DNA of 64,000 nt from an uncultured Chloroflexia bacterium (lineage in GTDB: Bacteria > Chloroflexota > Limnocylindria > Limnocylindrales > CSP1-4), in contig CAWFXA010000001.1 in NCBI GenBank assembly GCA_963819655.1, positions 480,001 through 544,000 of the forward strand, given 5' to 3'. Position numbers and translations under genes: made by a program. Below, piece by piece: positions 10,810-21,521 of this stretch. The notes beneath the pieces are model-generated. The model worked only from the letters and a program-made list of their open reading frames with translations, was not told where the DNA came from and made no database searches. Every line of letters begins with the position of its first letter. Position 1 is the stretch's first letter.

Positions 10810-13800
10810 ATGATGCGCGCCCTTGTCAGCACGAGCGTTCGTTTCCGACTGCTGGCGATCGGCCTGGCCGGAGTGCTGCTCCTCGTCGGAGCGACCCAGC
10901 TGCAGACCGCCCGCGTCGACGTCCTGCCCGAGTTCACGCCCACGACCGTCGAGGTCCAGACCGAGGCGCTCGGTCTCTCCGCGGAGGAGGTCGAGGAGCT
11001 CGTGACGGTGCCGCTCGAAGCGGACCTTCTGCACGGCGTCGCGTTCCTCGAAGAGATCCGGTCCGAATCGATCGCCGGCCTGTCGTCGATCGTGATGATC
11101 TTCGAGCCGGGCACGGACATCTTCAAGGCGCGCCAGGTGGTCGCCGAGCGGCTGACGCAGGCACACGCTCTGCCGAACGTCGCCAAGGCGCCGGTCATGC
11201 TCCAGCCCCTGTCGTCGCTCAGCCGCTTCATGATCGTCGGCCTGAGCTCGAGCGAGAAATCGCTCATCGAGATGTCCGTGCTCGCGCGCTGGACCGTCCA
11301 GCCTCGGCTGATGGGTGTGCCGGGCGTGGCCAACGTCTCGATCTTCGGCCAGCGCGAGCGCCAGCTCCAGGTGCTGGTCGATCCGGCCCGGCTCAACCAG
11401 CGCGGCATCACGCTCGACACCCTCGTCGAGACGACCGGCAACGCGTTGTGGTTCTCGCCCCTGACGTTCCTCGAGGCATCGACCCCCGGCACCGGCGGCT
11501 TCATCGACACGCCTCAGCAGCGCCTTGGCATCCAGCACATCCTCCCGATCCAGTCCGCCGAGGACCTCAGCAACGTCGCGCTCGATCGCGCTCCGGGTGA
11601 GACCCCCCTGCGGATCGGCGACGTCGCCACGGTGGTCGAGGACCATCAGCCCCTCATCGGCGACGGCCTGGTCGCCGGCGGCAACGGCCTGCTGCTGGTG
11701 ATCGAGAAGTTCCCCGACGTCAACACGCTCGAGGTCACCCGCAACGTCGAATCCGCGCTCCAGGCGATGCAGCCCGCGCTTCCTGGAATCGCGATCGATA
11801 CGTCGGTCTTCCGCGAGGCGTCGTTCATCGATGCGTCGATCGGCAACGTGTCGATGGCGCTGCTGATCGGGTTCCTGCTGATCGCGCTTGTCCTCGGCGC
11901 GCTGCTGTTCGACTGGCGCGCGGCGCTCATCAGCGTCATCACGATCCCGTTGTCGATCATCGCGGCGGCGATCGTCCTCCACCTGGCGGGTGCATCGATC
12001 AACGCCATCACGCTCGTCGGGCTGCTGATCGCGACGGCCATCGTCATCGACGACATCGTCGGGCTCGTGGACGGCGTGCTCGTGCGCCTGCGTGATCCAA
12101 GGGCAGATGACGCAGAGAAATCCCGATCGGCCATCGTCACCGAGGCGGTTCTCGAGAGCCGCAGGCCGGCCGTCTACGGGACGTTGATCATCCTCGTCGC
12201 GCTGGTGCCACTGCTGTTCATGACGGGCACCATCAGCGCGTTCCTGCCGTCGCTCGTCGCCGCGTACGGGGTCGCCATTTTGGCCTCGATCCTGGTGTCC
12301 GTCACGGTGGCGCCCGCATTGGCGGTGCTCATCCTCACGGCCGCGCCAGGCGAGCGACGCGAATCCCCGATCCTGCGACGCCTGCGCAACGTCTATCGGT
12401 CGTCGGTCGCAGCCTTCCTGCGGCGAACCCGGCCCGCGCTCGTGACCGGTGGCGTCGCGGTGGTCGCCGTAGTCGTCGTCCTGGGCCTCGCCTTCGTCCC
12501 CGCCGGCGACGATGCCGCACTCCCGAGCTTCCGTCAGCGCGACTTGCTCATCCACTGGAACGGGGCGCCGGGGATCTCGCATCCCGAGATGTCCCGGATC
12601 GTGGCTCGCGCGAGCGACGAGCTGCGCTCGATCCCTGGCGTCCACAGCGTCGGTGCCCATGTCGGCCGAGCGATCCTGTCCGACGAGCGGACGAGCGTGA
12701 ACTCCGGCGAGATCTGGGTCAGCATGGATCAGGCCGCCGATTACGATCCGACGCTCGCGGCGATCAAGTCGACAGTCGATGGGTACCCGGGGCTCGACCG
12801 AACCGTCACGACCTATCCGGCCGATCGCATCGCCGAGGTCTTCGGTCCTGGCGAGCGCGACGTCGCGGTCCGCATCTATGGCCAGGACCTGGCCGTCCTC
12901 GGGACCAAGGCCGAGGAAGTCCGCACGGCGATGTCCGAGATCACTGGGATCGACGCTCCGTCGGTCACCGCGCCGATCACCGAGCCTACGGTCGAGATCA
13001 AGGTCGACCTCGAGAAGGCGGCCGCCCACGGACTCAAGCCCGGCGACGTCCGGCGCGCCGCTACATCGCTGCTATCGGGCATCCAGGTCGGCAACCTGTT
13101 CGAGGAGCAGAAGGTCTTCGAGGTCGTGGTGTGGGGGACGCCCGAGCTTCGCACGAGCCTGGACAGCATCCGAGACCTCCAGTTCGATACCCCGAGCGGG
13201 GCCCTGGTCCGGTTGCGCGATGTCGCCGACGTCCGAGTCCAACCATCGCCGAGCGTGATCGATCGGGAAGGCGTCATGCGCTACCTGGACGTCACCGCCG
13301 ACGTTGCGGGTCGCGATCTCGGCGCCGTCATCGGGGACCTCGAGACCCGACTCGCGAGCATCCCCTTCGCGATCGAATACCACGCCGAGATCCGAAGCGC
13401 AGCGATGGTGCAGCAGGAGGCCCAGACCCGCTTGTTCGCGGTCGTCGCCGGCGTCACTATCCTCGTGCTCCTCCTCCTGCAGGCAGCCTTCGGTGCGTGG
13501 CGGCTCGCCTTCCTCGTTCTGCTCGCCCTGCCGGTGGCCGTGGTCGGCGGCAGTCATCGCCACCCTGGCTACAGGTGACCTCTTCACGATCGGCGCCGTC
13601 GCAGGCCTGATCCTGGTCGGCTCGATCACGATCCGCCATGCCATCGCGCTCGTGGACCGCTTCCGTCGACTGGAGAAGGCCGGCGAGGCCTCGAGCCTGG
13701 AGGTCGCCCTCGCCGGCGTCCAGGAGCGGCTGCTGCCGATCCTGACGACGGTGCTGGGCACTGCGGCGTTCAGCCTGCCGTTCATCGCCCTCGGCGACGT

Positions 13801-13978
13801 CGCGGGGCTGGAGATCATGCGGCCGGTGGCGATCTTCGTCCTCGGCGGCCTCATCAGCTCAGCTGTGCTGCTGCTGTTCCTCCTCCCGAGCATCTACACG
13901 CTGTCTGGCCCGAGCCCTGAATCGGAGACCGACACCCTCTTGAGCGAACAGCCGGCCTTCGAGCCGACCGCGGCATAG
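10810..13978 (+). CDS. RND efflux permease (CusA/CzcA-like), frameshift near 13550
   Basis: VDVLPEF...VEELVTVPLE N-terminus. The C-terminal TMs (ERLLPILTT, IFVLGGL) continue in ORF 13304..13978. Confidence 0.85.
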
Positions 13979-13988
13979 GAGCATCGAG

Positions 13989-14417
13989 ATGACACGACAT
14001 CGCTGGTTCTTCGTCGGGCTCGCGGTCGCCGCGTTGGCGCTCGGCGGGTGCAACTCGGCTACGACGTCCGCGCCCAAGGTCGAGGCGATCACGATCGAGG
14101 AGCAGGAGTCCGGCCTCAAGATCCTGACCCTCTCGGAGAAGGCCGCGGAGCGGCTCGGCGTCGTGACAGCTCCGGTCGCAGCCAGCGGCTCGAGCATGAC
14201 GATCCCATACGCGGCCGTCGTCTACGACGCCCAGGGGGCGACGTGGGCCTACGTCAACTCGCAACCGTTGGTCTACATGCGCGAGGCCATCACGGTGGAC
14301 GAGATCGACGGTGATGTGGCTCGCCTATCCGCAGGACCGGCCTCCGGCACACCCGTCGTGACGACCGGCGCGGCCGAGCTGTACGGCGCCGAGATCGGCG
14401 TCGGCGGCGGTCACTGA
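13989..14417 (+). CDS. small lipoprotein resembling the C-terminal part of an RND periplasmic adaptor
   Basis: Lipobox LGGC; IPYAAVVYD..G.TWAY and GP..GTPVVTTGAAEL motifs; GGAG RBS; lies between two RND genes. Confidence 0.7.
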   Translation: MTRHRWFFVGLAVAALALGGCNSATTSAPKVEAITIEEQESGLKILTLSEKAAERLGVVTAPVAASGSSMTIPYAAVVYDAQGATWAYVNSQPLVYMREAITVDEIDGDVARLSAGPASGTPVVTTGAAELYGAEIGVGGGH

Positions 14418-14456
14418 CATCGGCCTGACGCCAGGCACTGGGGGGAGACCTCGATC

Positions 14457-17400
14457 ATGATGCGCCGGATCATCGCCACCAGCTTGCGCTTCCGCTTCAT
14501 CGTCGTCGCGCTGGCGGCGGGGATGATGATCTTCGGAGCCGTCCAGGTCCGGGCCATGCCCGTCGACGTCTTCCCGGAGTTCGCTCCCCCCAAGGTCGAG
14601 ATCCAGACGATCTGCATCGGCCTGTCCGCGGAGGAGGTCGAGCAGCTCGTCACCGTCCCGATCGAGCAGTCCCTCGCCGGGATCGAGGGACTCGAGACGA
14701 TCCGTTCGAAGTCGGTCATCCAGCTGTCCCAGGTCGTCCTGCTGTTCAAGCCGGGCACGAATGAACTGCTGGCACGCCAGCTCGTCGCCGAGCGGCTGGC
14801 CCAGATCACCCCGTCGCTGCCGACGTGGGCGGCGCCGCCGGTGATGCTCCAGCCGCTGTCGGCGACAAGCCGTGTCATGAAGATCGGCATGAGCTCGGAG
14901 ACCGTGTCGCAGATCGACATGTCGATGATCTCGTACTGGACGATCCGCCCGCGACTGCTCAGCGTGCCCGGCGTCGCCAACATCGCGATCTGGGGCGAAC
15001 AGCTCGACATGCTCGCGGTCCAGGCCATCCCGGACAAGCTCGTCGAGCATGGCGTCGCGTTGACGGACATCATGAATGCCGTCTCCGAGACGCTCGATGA
15101 CGGCCTCCTCCAGTTCAACGCCGGCAACTTCACCGGGACCGGCGGGTTCGTCGATACGCCGAACCAGCGTTTGGTGATCCGTCACGTCCCACCGGTCGTC
15201 ACCGCGGCCGACCTCGCCCACGTGACCGTCCCGGGTCGCGACGGCAAGGCCGTGCCACTGACCGACGTCGTCGAACTGGTGAAGGCGCACCAGCCCCTGA
15301 TCGGCGAGGCTGTCATCAACGACGGACCAGGCGTCATGTTGATCGTCGAGAAGTTCCCATGGGCGAACACGCTGGATGTCACGCGCGGCGTCGAGGAAGC
15401 GCTCGCCGACCTCGCCCCCGGCCTCCCTGGGATCGACGTCGACCACACGATCTTCCGGCCGGCCAGCTTCATCGAGCAGGCGCTTCACAACCTGTCGAAC
15501 GCGCTTCTCCTGGGAAGCGTGCTGGTCTTCGTGATCCTGCTGCTGTTCCTGTTCGAGTGGCGGACGGCGCTCATCAGCCTCGTCGCCATCCCGCTGTCGC
15601 TGATGGCGGCGGCGATGGTCCTGTACGTCCGCGACGTCACGATCAACACGATGATCCTGGCGGGGTTCGTCATCTCGGTGGGGGTGGTCGTGGATGACGC
15701 GATCATCGACGTCGAGAACATCACGCGTCGGTTGAGGCAAGCCCGTCTCGAGGGGAGCACTCGCTCGACCGCGTCGATCGTCCTGGATTCGTCCCTCGAG
15801 GTCCGCAGCGCGATCGTCTACGCGACGTTGATCGACGTCGTCGCGGTCTCGCCGGTCTTCTTCATCAGCGGACTGTCGGGCTCGTTCTTCCAGCCACTGG
15901 TCATCTCGTACGGCCTCGCGGTCCTCGCCTCGCTCGGGGTGGCGCTGACGGTCACCCCGGCTCTTGCCTTCATCCTGCTCCGCAACGCGCCGATCGAGCG
16001 GCAGCGGTCACCGATCACCCGCCGGCTGCAGGACGTGTACGGCAGGGCTGTCTCCCGCATCCTGCGCTCCACCCGACCGGCGTTCGTGACGGTCGGGTTC
16101 GTGAGCATGGTCGGTCTTGGGATCTGGCCGCAGCTCGGGCAGTCGCTGCTGCCGGACTTCAAGGAACGGGATTTCCTGATGCACTGGGTCACGGCACCCG
16201 GCACGTCCATCGGCGAGGAGACCCGGATCAGCATCGACGCCTGCAACGAGCTTCGAGCGATCCCGGGCGTCCGCAACTGCGGCTCCCACATCGGCCAGGC
16301 CTTCGTGGCCGACGAGCCGTACGGCGTGGAGTTCGGCGAGAACTGGATCAGCGTCGACCCAGCCGTCGACTACGACAAGACACATGCCGCCGTCCTGGAG
16401 GTCGTCAACGGCTATCCCGGGTTGCGACGTGACGTCCAGACGTACCTCAAGGAGCGCATCCGCGAGGTCCTGACCGGGTCCAGCGACGCGATCGTCGTGC
16501 GGATCTACGGCCCCGACCTCGGCAAGCTCAAGGACCTCGCCGAGGAAGTCGAGAAGAAGCTCGACGTCGTCCCTGGCATCATCGACCTCCATTCCGAGCA
16601 GCTGGTCAACATCGCGCAGATCCAGGTGACGGTCGACCTGGCTGCTGCACAGCGATACGGCGTGAAACCCGGTGATGTGCGGCGGATCGCGTCCACCTTC
16701 ATGGCCGGCGAAGAGGTCGGCGACATCTTCAATACCGGCAAGGCGTACGACGTGGTCGTCTGGAGCGTCCCGGAGAGCCGGGCGAGCCTCACGGACGTCG
16801 AGAACCTGCTCATCGACACGGCCGACGGCGGCAAGGTCGCCCTGAAGGAGATCGCGGACGTCGCGGTCGCCCCGACGGCCGGACACGTCAGCCACGAGCA
16901 GACCGCGCGACGCATCCATGTCGATGCCAACGTCAGCGGGCGCGACCTCGGGGCGGTCATCGAAGACGTCAAGGTCGCGCTCGCCACGGTCCAGTTCCCG
17001 GAGGAGTACCACCCGGAGCTGCTTGGCGAGTTCCAGGAGCGCCAGAAGGCTCAGGATCGACTGCTGCTATTCGCGATCGTGGCCGCGATCGGAGTGTTCC
17101 TGCTCCTGCAGGCCTCGTTCGGCAGCACGCGTCTGGCGATCCTGTCGTTCCTCACGCTCCCGGCAGCGCTAGTCGGGGGGATCATCGCCGCGTGGCTCGG
17201 GGCGGGGGTCATCTCGCTCGGGGCGCTCGTCGGGTTCTTCACGGTGCTCGGCATCGCGGCCCGGAACGGGATCATGATGATCAACCACTTCCAGCACCTC
17301 GAGCGCTATGAGGGCGAAGAGTTTGGCGTCGACCTCGTCGTGCGCGGTGCCCGGGAACGCCTGGCGCCGATCCTCATGACTGCCCTGGCGACCGGGCTGG

Positions 17401-17582
17401 CGCTGGTGCCGCTGGCGATCGCCGGCGACCTGCCGGGCCACGAGATCGAGCACCCGATGGCGATCGTCATCCTCGGCGGGCTCGTCACGTCGACCCTGCT
17501 GAACCTGTTCGTGGTGCCGTCGCTGTACCTGCGCTTCGGGCGCAGCACGAAGCCAACGCCAGAAGCGGCCTCGGCGGCCTGA
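14457..17582 (+). CDS. RND efflux permease (CusA/CzcA-like)
   Basis: 1041 aa; VDVFPEF, GVVVDDAIIDVEN, ARNGI, ERLAPILMT. Confidence 0.93.
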   Translation: MMRRIIATSLRFRFIVVALAAGMMIFGAVQVRAMPVDVFPEFAPPKVEIQTICIGLSAEEVEQLVTVPIEQSLAGIEGLETIRSKSVIQLSQVVLLFKPGTNELLARQLVAERLAQITPSLPTWAAPPVMLQPLSATSRVMKIGMSSETVSQIDMSMISYWTIRPRLLSVPGVANIAIWGEQLDMLAVQAIPDKLVEHGVALTDIMNAVSETLDDGLLQFNAGNFTGTGGFVDTPNQRLVIRHVPPVVTAADLAHVTVPGRDGKAVPLTDVVELVKAHQPLIGEAVINDGPGVMLIVEKFPWANTLDVTRGVEEALADLAPGLPGIDVDHTIFRPASFIEQALHNLSNALLLGSVLVFVILLLFLFEWRTALISLVAIPLSLMAAAMVLYVRDVTINTMILAGFVISVGVVVDDAIIDVENITRRLRQARLEGSTRSTASIVLDSSLEVRSAIVYATLIDVVAVSPVFFISGLSGSFFQPLVISYGLAVLASLGVALTVTPALAFILLRNAPIERQRSPITRRLQDVYGRAVSRILRSTRPAFVTVGFVSMVGLGIWPQLGQSLLPDFKERDFLMHWVTAPGTSIGEETRISIDACNELRAIPGVRNCGSHIGQAFVADEPYGVEFGENWISVDPAVDYDKTHAAVLEVVNGYPGLRRDVQTYLKERIREVLTGSSDAIVVRIYGPDLGKLKDLAEEVEKKLDVVPGIIDLHSEQLVNIAQIQVTVDLAAAQRYGVKPGDVRRIASTFMAGEEVGDIFNTGKAYDVVVWSVPESRASLTDVENLLIDTADGGKVALKEIADVAVAPTAGHVSHEQTARRIHVDANVSGRDLGAVIEDVKVALATVQFPEEYHPELLGEFQERQKAQDRLLLFAIVAAIGVFLLLQASFGSTRLAILSFLTLPAALVGGIIAAWLGAGVISLGALVGFFTVLGIAARNGIMMINHFQHLERYEGEEFGVDLVVRGARERLAPILMTALATGLALVPLAIAGDLPGHEIEHPMAIVILGGLVTSTLLNLFVVPSLYLRFGRSTKPTPEAASAA

Positions 17583-17633
17583 CAGGTCGCGGGGTGCGGG
17601 TCGCGGGGTGCCCGAGCGCGCGCCCCGCGACCT

Positions 17634-18656
17634 TCAGCCCGTAACCCGGCGATCCAGGCGCTCCACGAGATCGACCAGCCACATGGCGGAGGCGTCGCCG
17701 TGCCCGTCCATCGCTGCGGGGTCGAGCCCGCCGAGCGCCCGAGCCCATGCCGCTGCCTTGCCGATCCGGCCAAGATCCAGCGCACGCTCCAGGACCTCGG
17801 CCAGCGCCGGCCTGGGCAGCACGTCGGTCCAGGCTTCGATGTAGGCGTCGCGCAGGCGCGTGAGCTGCGGGACATCCGCGTCCGTGCCCAGCCGGTACGC
17901 GATCGAGTTCAGGGTCGTGACCAGCGTCCCGAACGGGTGGGCGACGACCGCGTCGCCCCAGTCGAAGAAGCGGATCCCAGGCTCGACGAACACGTTCCCG
18001 CCGTGCAGGTCGTCGTGCTGGATCGTGGCCGCGATCCCCGAGCGTTCCAGCTCCCCGGCGGTGGCCGCGACCCACTCCCCGAGCTCCCGCAGCCGACCTC
18101 GCCCGTGGTCGGCCGCGGACCGATCCTTGTCCGCGACGAGAGCCCACCACGCGTCATCGTCGACGAGCCGCTGGAATGTGACGGGCAGCGCGGCCGGCCG
18201 CCCGTCCGGGACGCCGATCCGCAGCAGCTCGCCGGCCCGACCCTCCACGGCGCGCTGCAGCTCCGCGTACGTCGCGAGGATGCCCTCCCACGCCCCGAGA
18301 TCGCGGTCGCCCTCGCCATCGGGTCGCGTCTGCCGAAGCGTCGGGCCGCCGTCCTCGAATAGCAGCCATCCCCGCTCCGTGTCGACGTCAATCGGGAGCA
18401 GGACGTGCCGGACGTCCCACGCGGCAAACTCCACGAGCAGTCGCACCTCGTGTGCCGTGCCCGGGCCGGCGGCCTTGCACCACACCGGCCCGCGGTCGGT
18501 CGGGATGCGCAGGACCGTCGACCACGGCCGGACGTGAGGCTGCTCGACCGGGCCGACGACCGAATTGCCCTGCGCAGAAAGTCGATCGCGGGCCCAGTCG
18601 ACGATAGCTGCCAGCCAGATCGGGTCGGTCCAGTCCCGGGCCCGGGGAACCGTCAC
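17634..18656 (-). CDS. APH-like phosphotransferase
   Basis: HVRPWSTV, WCKA, QHDDLHGGNV, FFDWGD. Confidence 0.8.
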   Translation of the reverse strand: MTVPRARDWTDPIWLAAIVDWARDRLSAQGNSVVGPVEQPHVRPWSTVLRIPTDRGPVWCKAAGPGTAHEVRLLVEFAAWDVRHVLLPIDVDTERGWLLFEDGGPTLRQTRPDGEGDRDLGAWEGILATYAELQRAVEGRAGELLRIGVPDGRPAALPVTFQRLVDDDAWWALVADKDRSAADHGRGRLRELGEWVAATAGELERSGIAATIQHDDLHGGNVFVEPGIRFFDWGDAVVAHPFGTLVTTLNSIAYRLGTDADVPQLTRLRDAYIEAWTDVLPRPALAEVLERALDLGRIGKAAAWARALGGLDPAAMDGHGDASAMWLVDLVERLDRRVTG

Positions 18657-19642
18657 GACGCCGTAAAGAACTCGTCCATCGTCCCGGCCGCACAGGATTC
18701 AGCCAGGCAGTCGAGACCCCACGCGTCCTGGATCGTGCGCAGCAGGCTGTAATGGTCGTGCCGCTCGGTGGAGCGGAAGCCCGCGGGAACGTGGCGCGAA
18801 ACCACGATCGTGGCGATGTGTCCGCCTGAAGGATCGTTGCCGGCGTCTTCGTCGAACGTCACGATGAGAAGTCCGCCTGCCTCGAACGCCGCGCTGTCGA
18901 GGATGGCCGGGAGGAACCCCCCGAGCCAGTCGTCCGCTTCGCGCATCGAGCAGTCGTGTGCGCTGTGGCACTGGTTCGGGACGATCAACGCGTAGTCCAC
19001 GTCGCCCGGCTGGAATGCGGTCAGGTCCTCGAGACGGCCGCAGCGCTGCGGATCGGTCCGGATGCTGTCGAAGCTGATGGCCGGCGCATGTTTCCGCTCG
19101 TAGACACCGGGCCCGTCGCGGCCGTCCTCGGCTGAGCTGCCCGTGAAGCAACCCGGCGGCCGGTTCTCGGCGTACTCGCCCCAGGTCCGCCCGCTCGCCT
19201 CGATCTGATCGGCGATCGACGGCGCATCGAGGTCGTGCCGGTCGTTGTCGGTCACCCCATGCGTCGAGCCGCTGAACAGCGCGAGGTAGTTCGGCTGGGA
19301 CGGCCGCGCGACGCCGAACGACTGCTCGGCCAGTCCGTAGCGGTCGATCAGGCCGGCGATGTACGGGAGATCGTCGGCGCCCACGACACGGTCGTAATCG
19401 CGGTTCTCGAGCACGACGATCCAGACATGTGGGAAGTCGGGGATCGCCGAGCCGCCGGACGCGATCGGGGTCGGGCTGGCCGGCGACGACGGGCTCGCGG
19501 ACGGCGCCGGACTCGAAGAAACCGCGCTCGGTGGCGCCGGGGCCGTCGGCGCGGACGTCGGGCGGCACCCGCCGAGCATCACGAGCATCAACGCCAGAAC
19601 GAGGCCGATCGCCCGTGTCGACCGAATTGGCCGGTGCCCCAT
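18653..19642 (-). CDS. secreted phosphoesterase / acid phosphatase family lipoprotein
   Basis: Lipobox LGGC, Pro/Ser linker, IVVLENR, PSQPNYLALFSG, IVTFDE, HYSLLRTI. Confidence 0.85.
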   Translation of the reverse strand: MGHRPIRSTRAIGLVLALMLVMLGGCRPTSAPTAPAPPSAVSSSPAPSASPSSPASPTPIASGGSAIPDFPHVWIVVLENRDYDRVVGADDLPYIAGLIDRYGLAEQSFGVARPSQPNYLALFSGSTHGVTDNDRHDLDAPSIADQIEASGRTWGEYAENRPPGCFTGSSAEDGRDGPGVYERKHAPAISFDSIRTDPQRCGRLEDLTAFQPGDVDYALIVPNQCHSAHDCSMREADDWLGGFLPAILDSAAFEAGGLLIVTFDEDAGNDPSGGHIATIVVSRHVPAGFRSTERHDHYSLLRTIQDAWGLDCLAESCAAGTMDEFFTAS

Positions 19643-19656
19643 GTCCCCCCTCGCGT

Positions 19657-21333
19657 TCAGCCCTTCCGACCGCCGCCGAAGAGTGTTCCGAAGATGCCGC
19701 GCAGGATGTCCTGGCCGAGGCGCGAGCTCGCGACCCGTCCGCCGGTCCGGATGGCGGTGTCGATGGTCTTCTGGCGGGCCTTTGCGTCTGCCGCGGCCGC
19801 GCGCTCCTCCGCCTTGCGCTGGCGCGCCTCCTCCGTGGCGGCGCGCTTCCGGGCGGCCTCTATCTCCCGCTGCTGGCGCGCGATCTCGCGTTGCTGCTGC
19901 GCCGGCGTCATGTCGTTCAGACCGCCGGCCGTGGTCGGCTCGACACCGGCGCGGGTCGCGGCCTCGATGGCCGCCTGGCGTGCGGCGTTGATCCGCGCCG
20001 TGATGCGCTCGTGCGCGCTCTCGCGATCGACCGTCGCGCCGTACTTCGTGGCGAACGTGCTGCCGGCGACCGCGGCCGCGAAGGCCTCCGGTGGCATCGG
20101 CGCCATCAGCGAGTCGGGCGGCAGGATCCGGGTCGCGGCGAGGGGAGTCGGCACACCCCGCGGCGACAGGACGGTGACGAGCGCCTCACCGGTACCGAGT
20201 GAGGTGATGGTCTTCTCGACGTCGTAGAAGTCGGTCATCGGGAATGTCCGCGCTGTCTTGCGCAGGGCATCGGCATCGTCCGGCGTGAACGCGCGCAATG
20301 CGTGCTGCACCCGGTTCCCGAGCTGGGCCAGGACCGATGATGGGACGTCGGTCGGCGCCTGGGTCACGAAGTAGACTCCGACGCCCTTCGACCGGATCAG
20401 CCGAGCCGTGCGCTCGATCTGGTCCATCAGCGCCTCGGACGCGTCGTCGAAGAGGAGATGGGCCTCGTCGAAGAAGAAACACAGCTTCGGCTTGGGGAGG
20501 TCGCCCGCCTCCGGCAGCGTCTCGTAGAGCTGGGCCAGCATCCAGAGCATGAACGTCGAGAACAGGCGGGGCTGATCCATCACGTCGGCGAGCTCGAGGA
20601 CGCTGATGATCCCGTGCCCATCCGACGTCGTGCGGATCAGGTCCTCGACCTCGAACTCGGGCTCACCGAAGAACACGTCGGCGCCCGCCTGCTCGAGGAC
20701 CACGATCGACCGCAGCAGGACGCCGACCGTCGCCGTCGACATCCCGCCGTAGTCCTCGAGGATCGCCTTGCCCTCATCGGATGCGAGGTATTTCAAGGTC
20801 GTCGCGAGGTCCTTCAGGTCGAGCAGCGGCAGGTCGTTGTCGTCGCAGTACTTGAAGATCAGCGCCAGCACGCTCGTCTGCGTCTCGTTGAGGTCCAGCA
20901 CCTTGCCGAGCAGCAACGGCCCGAAGGAATGGACCGTCGCGCGGACCTGAGCCCCTTGCATCCCGGAGAGGGACAGGAATTCGACCGGATGTCCGGATGC
21001 CTCGAACTGCAGACCGAGCGACGCGGCCCGCTCCTGGACCTTCGGGTTCGCGGCATCGCCGGGCAGCGCGATGCCGGACAGGTCGCCCTTGATGTCGGCC
21101 GCGAACACGGGCACACCGGCCTTCGACAGCTGACCGGCGAGCAGTTGGAGGGTCTTCGTCTTGCCTGTGCCGGTCGCGCCGGCGACCAGGCCGTGCCGGT
21201 TCAGCGTCGACATCGGCACGCTCACGCGCACGTCGTTGAACAGCTCGCCATCGTGCATGGCGCTGCCGATCACCAGCGCCGGCTCATCGAACGCATAGCC
21301 AGCCGTGATGGCGTCGCGGAATGCCTGGTCCAT
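19657..21333 (-). CDS. DUF853/YjgR HerA-like P-loop ATPase
   Basis: NRHGLVAGATGTGKT, FFFDEAH, RLIRSKGVG, QLGNRVQHALRA. GGAGG RBS precedes ATG 21333. Confidence 0.88.
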   Translation of the reverse strand: MDQAFRDAITAGYAFDEPALVIGSAMHDGELFNDVRVSVPMSTLNRHGLVAGATGTGKTKTLQLLAGQLSKAGVPVFAADIKGDLSGIALPGDAANPKVQERAASLGLQFEASGHPVEFLSLSGMQGAQVRATVHSFGPLLLGKVLDLNETQTSVLALIFKYCDDNDLPLLDLKDLATTLKYLASDEGKAILEDYGGMSTATVGVLLRSIVVLEQAGADVFFGEPEFEVEDLIRTTSDGHGIISVLELADVMDQPRLFSTFMLWMLAQLYETLPEAGDLPKPKLCFFFDEAHLLFDDASEALMDQIERTARLIRSKGVGVYFVTQAPTDVPSSVLAQLGNRVQHALRAFTPDDADALRKTARTFPMTDFYDVEKTITSLGTGEALVTVLSPRGVPTPLAATRILPPDSLMAPMPPEAFAAAVAGSTFATKYGATVDRESAHERITARINAARQAAIEAATRAGVEPTTAGGLNDMTPAQQQREIARQQREIEAARKRAATEEARQRKAEERAAAADAKARQKTIDTAIRTGGRVASSRLGQDILRGIFGTLFGGGRKG

Positions 21334-21521
21334 GGGTCCTCCGAGGCGGCCGATGGGGTGGTGCCGGGGGAGGCGCAAGGGTATCACCGGGCCCTTTCCG
21401 GGCCACAGCGGTTCGCCGTCACGGACGGCGATCGGGACCTTCGTACGGGTGACCATCGAGGGTCCGACGCGGTACAGATATGTCAGCGGGGGGACGTTCC
21501 ATGGGGGAACTTGGCGAAAGC

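Noticed and set aside
17634-18656. Aminoglycoside resistance gene
   Set aside because: Only generic APH/choline-kinase motifs are present, and there is no mobile context.
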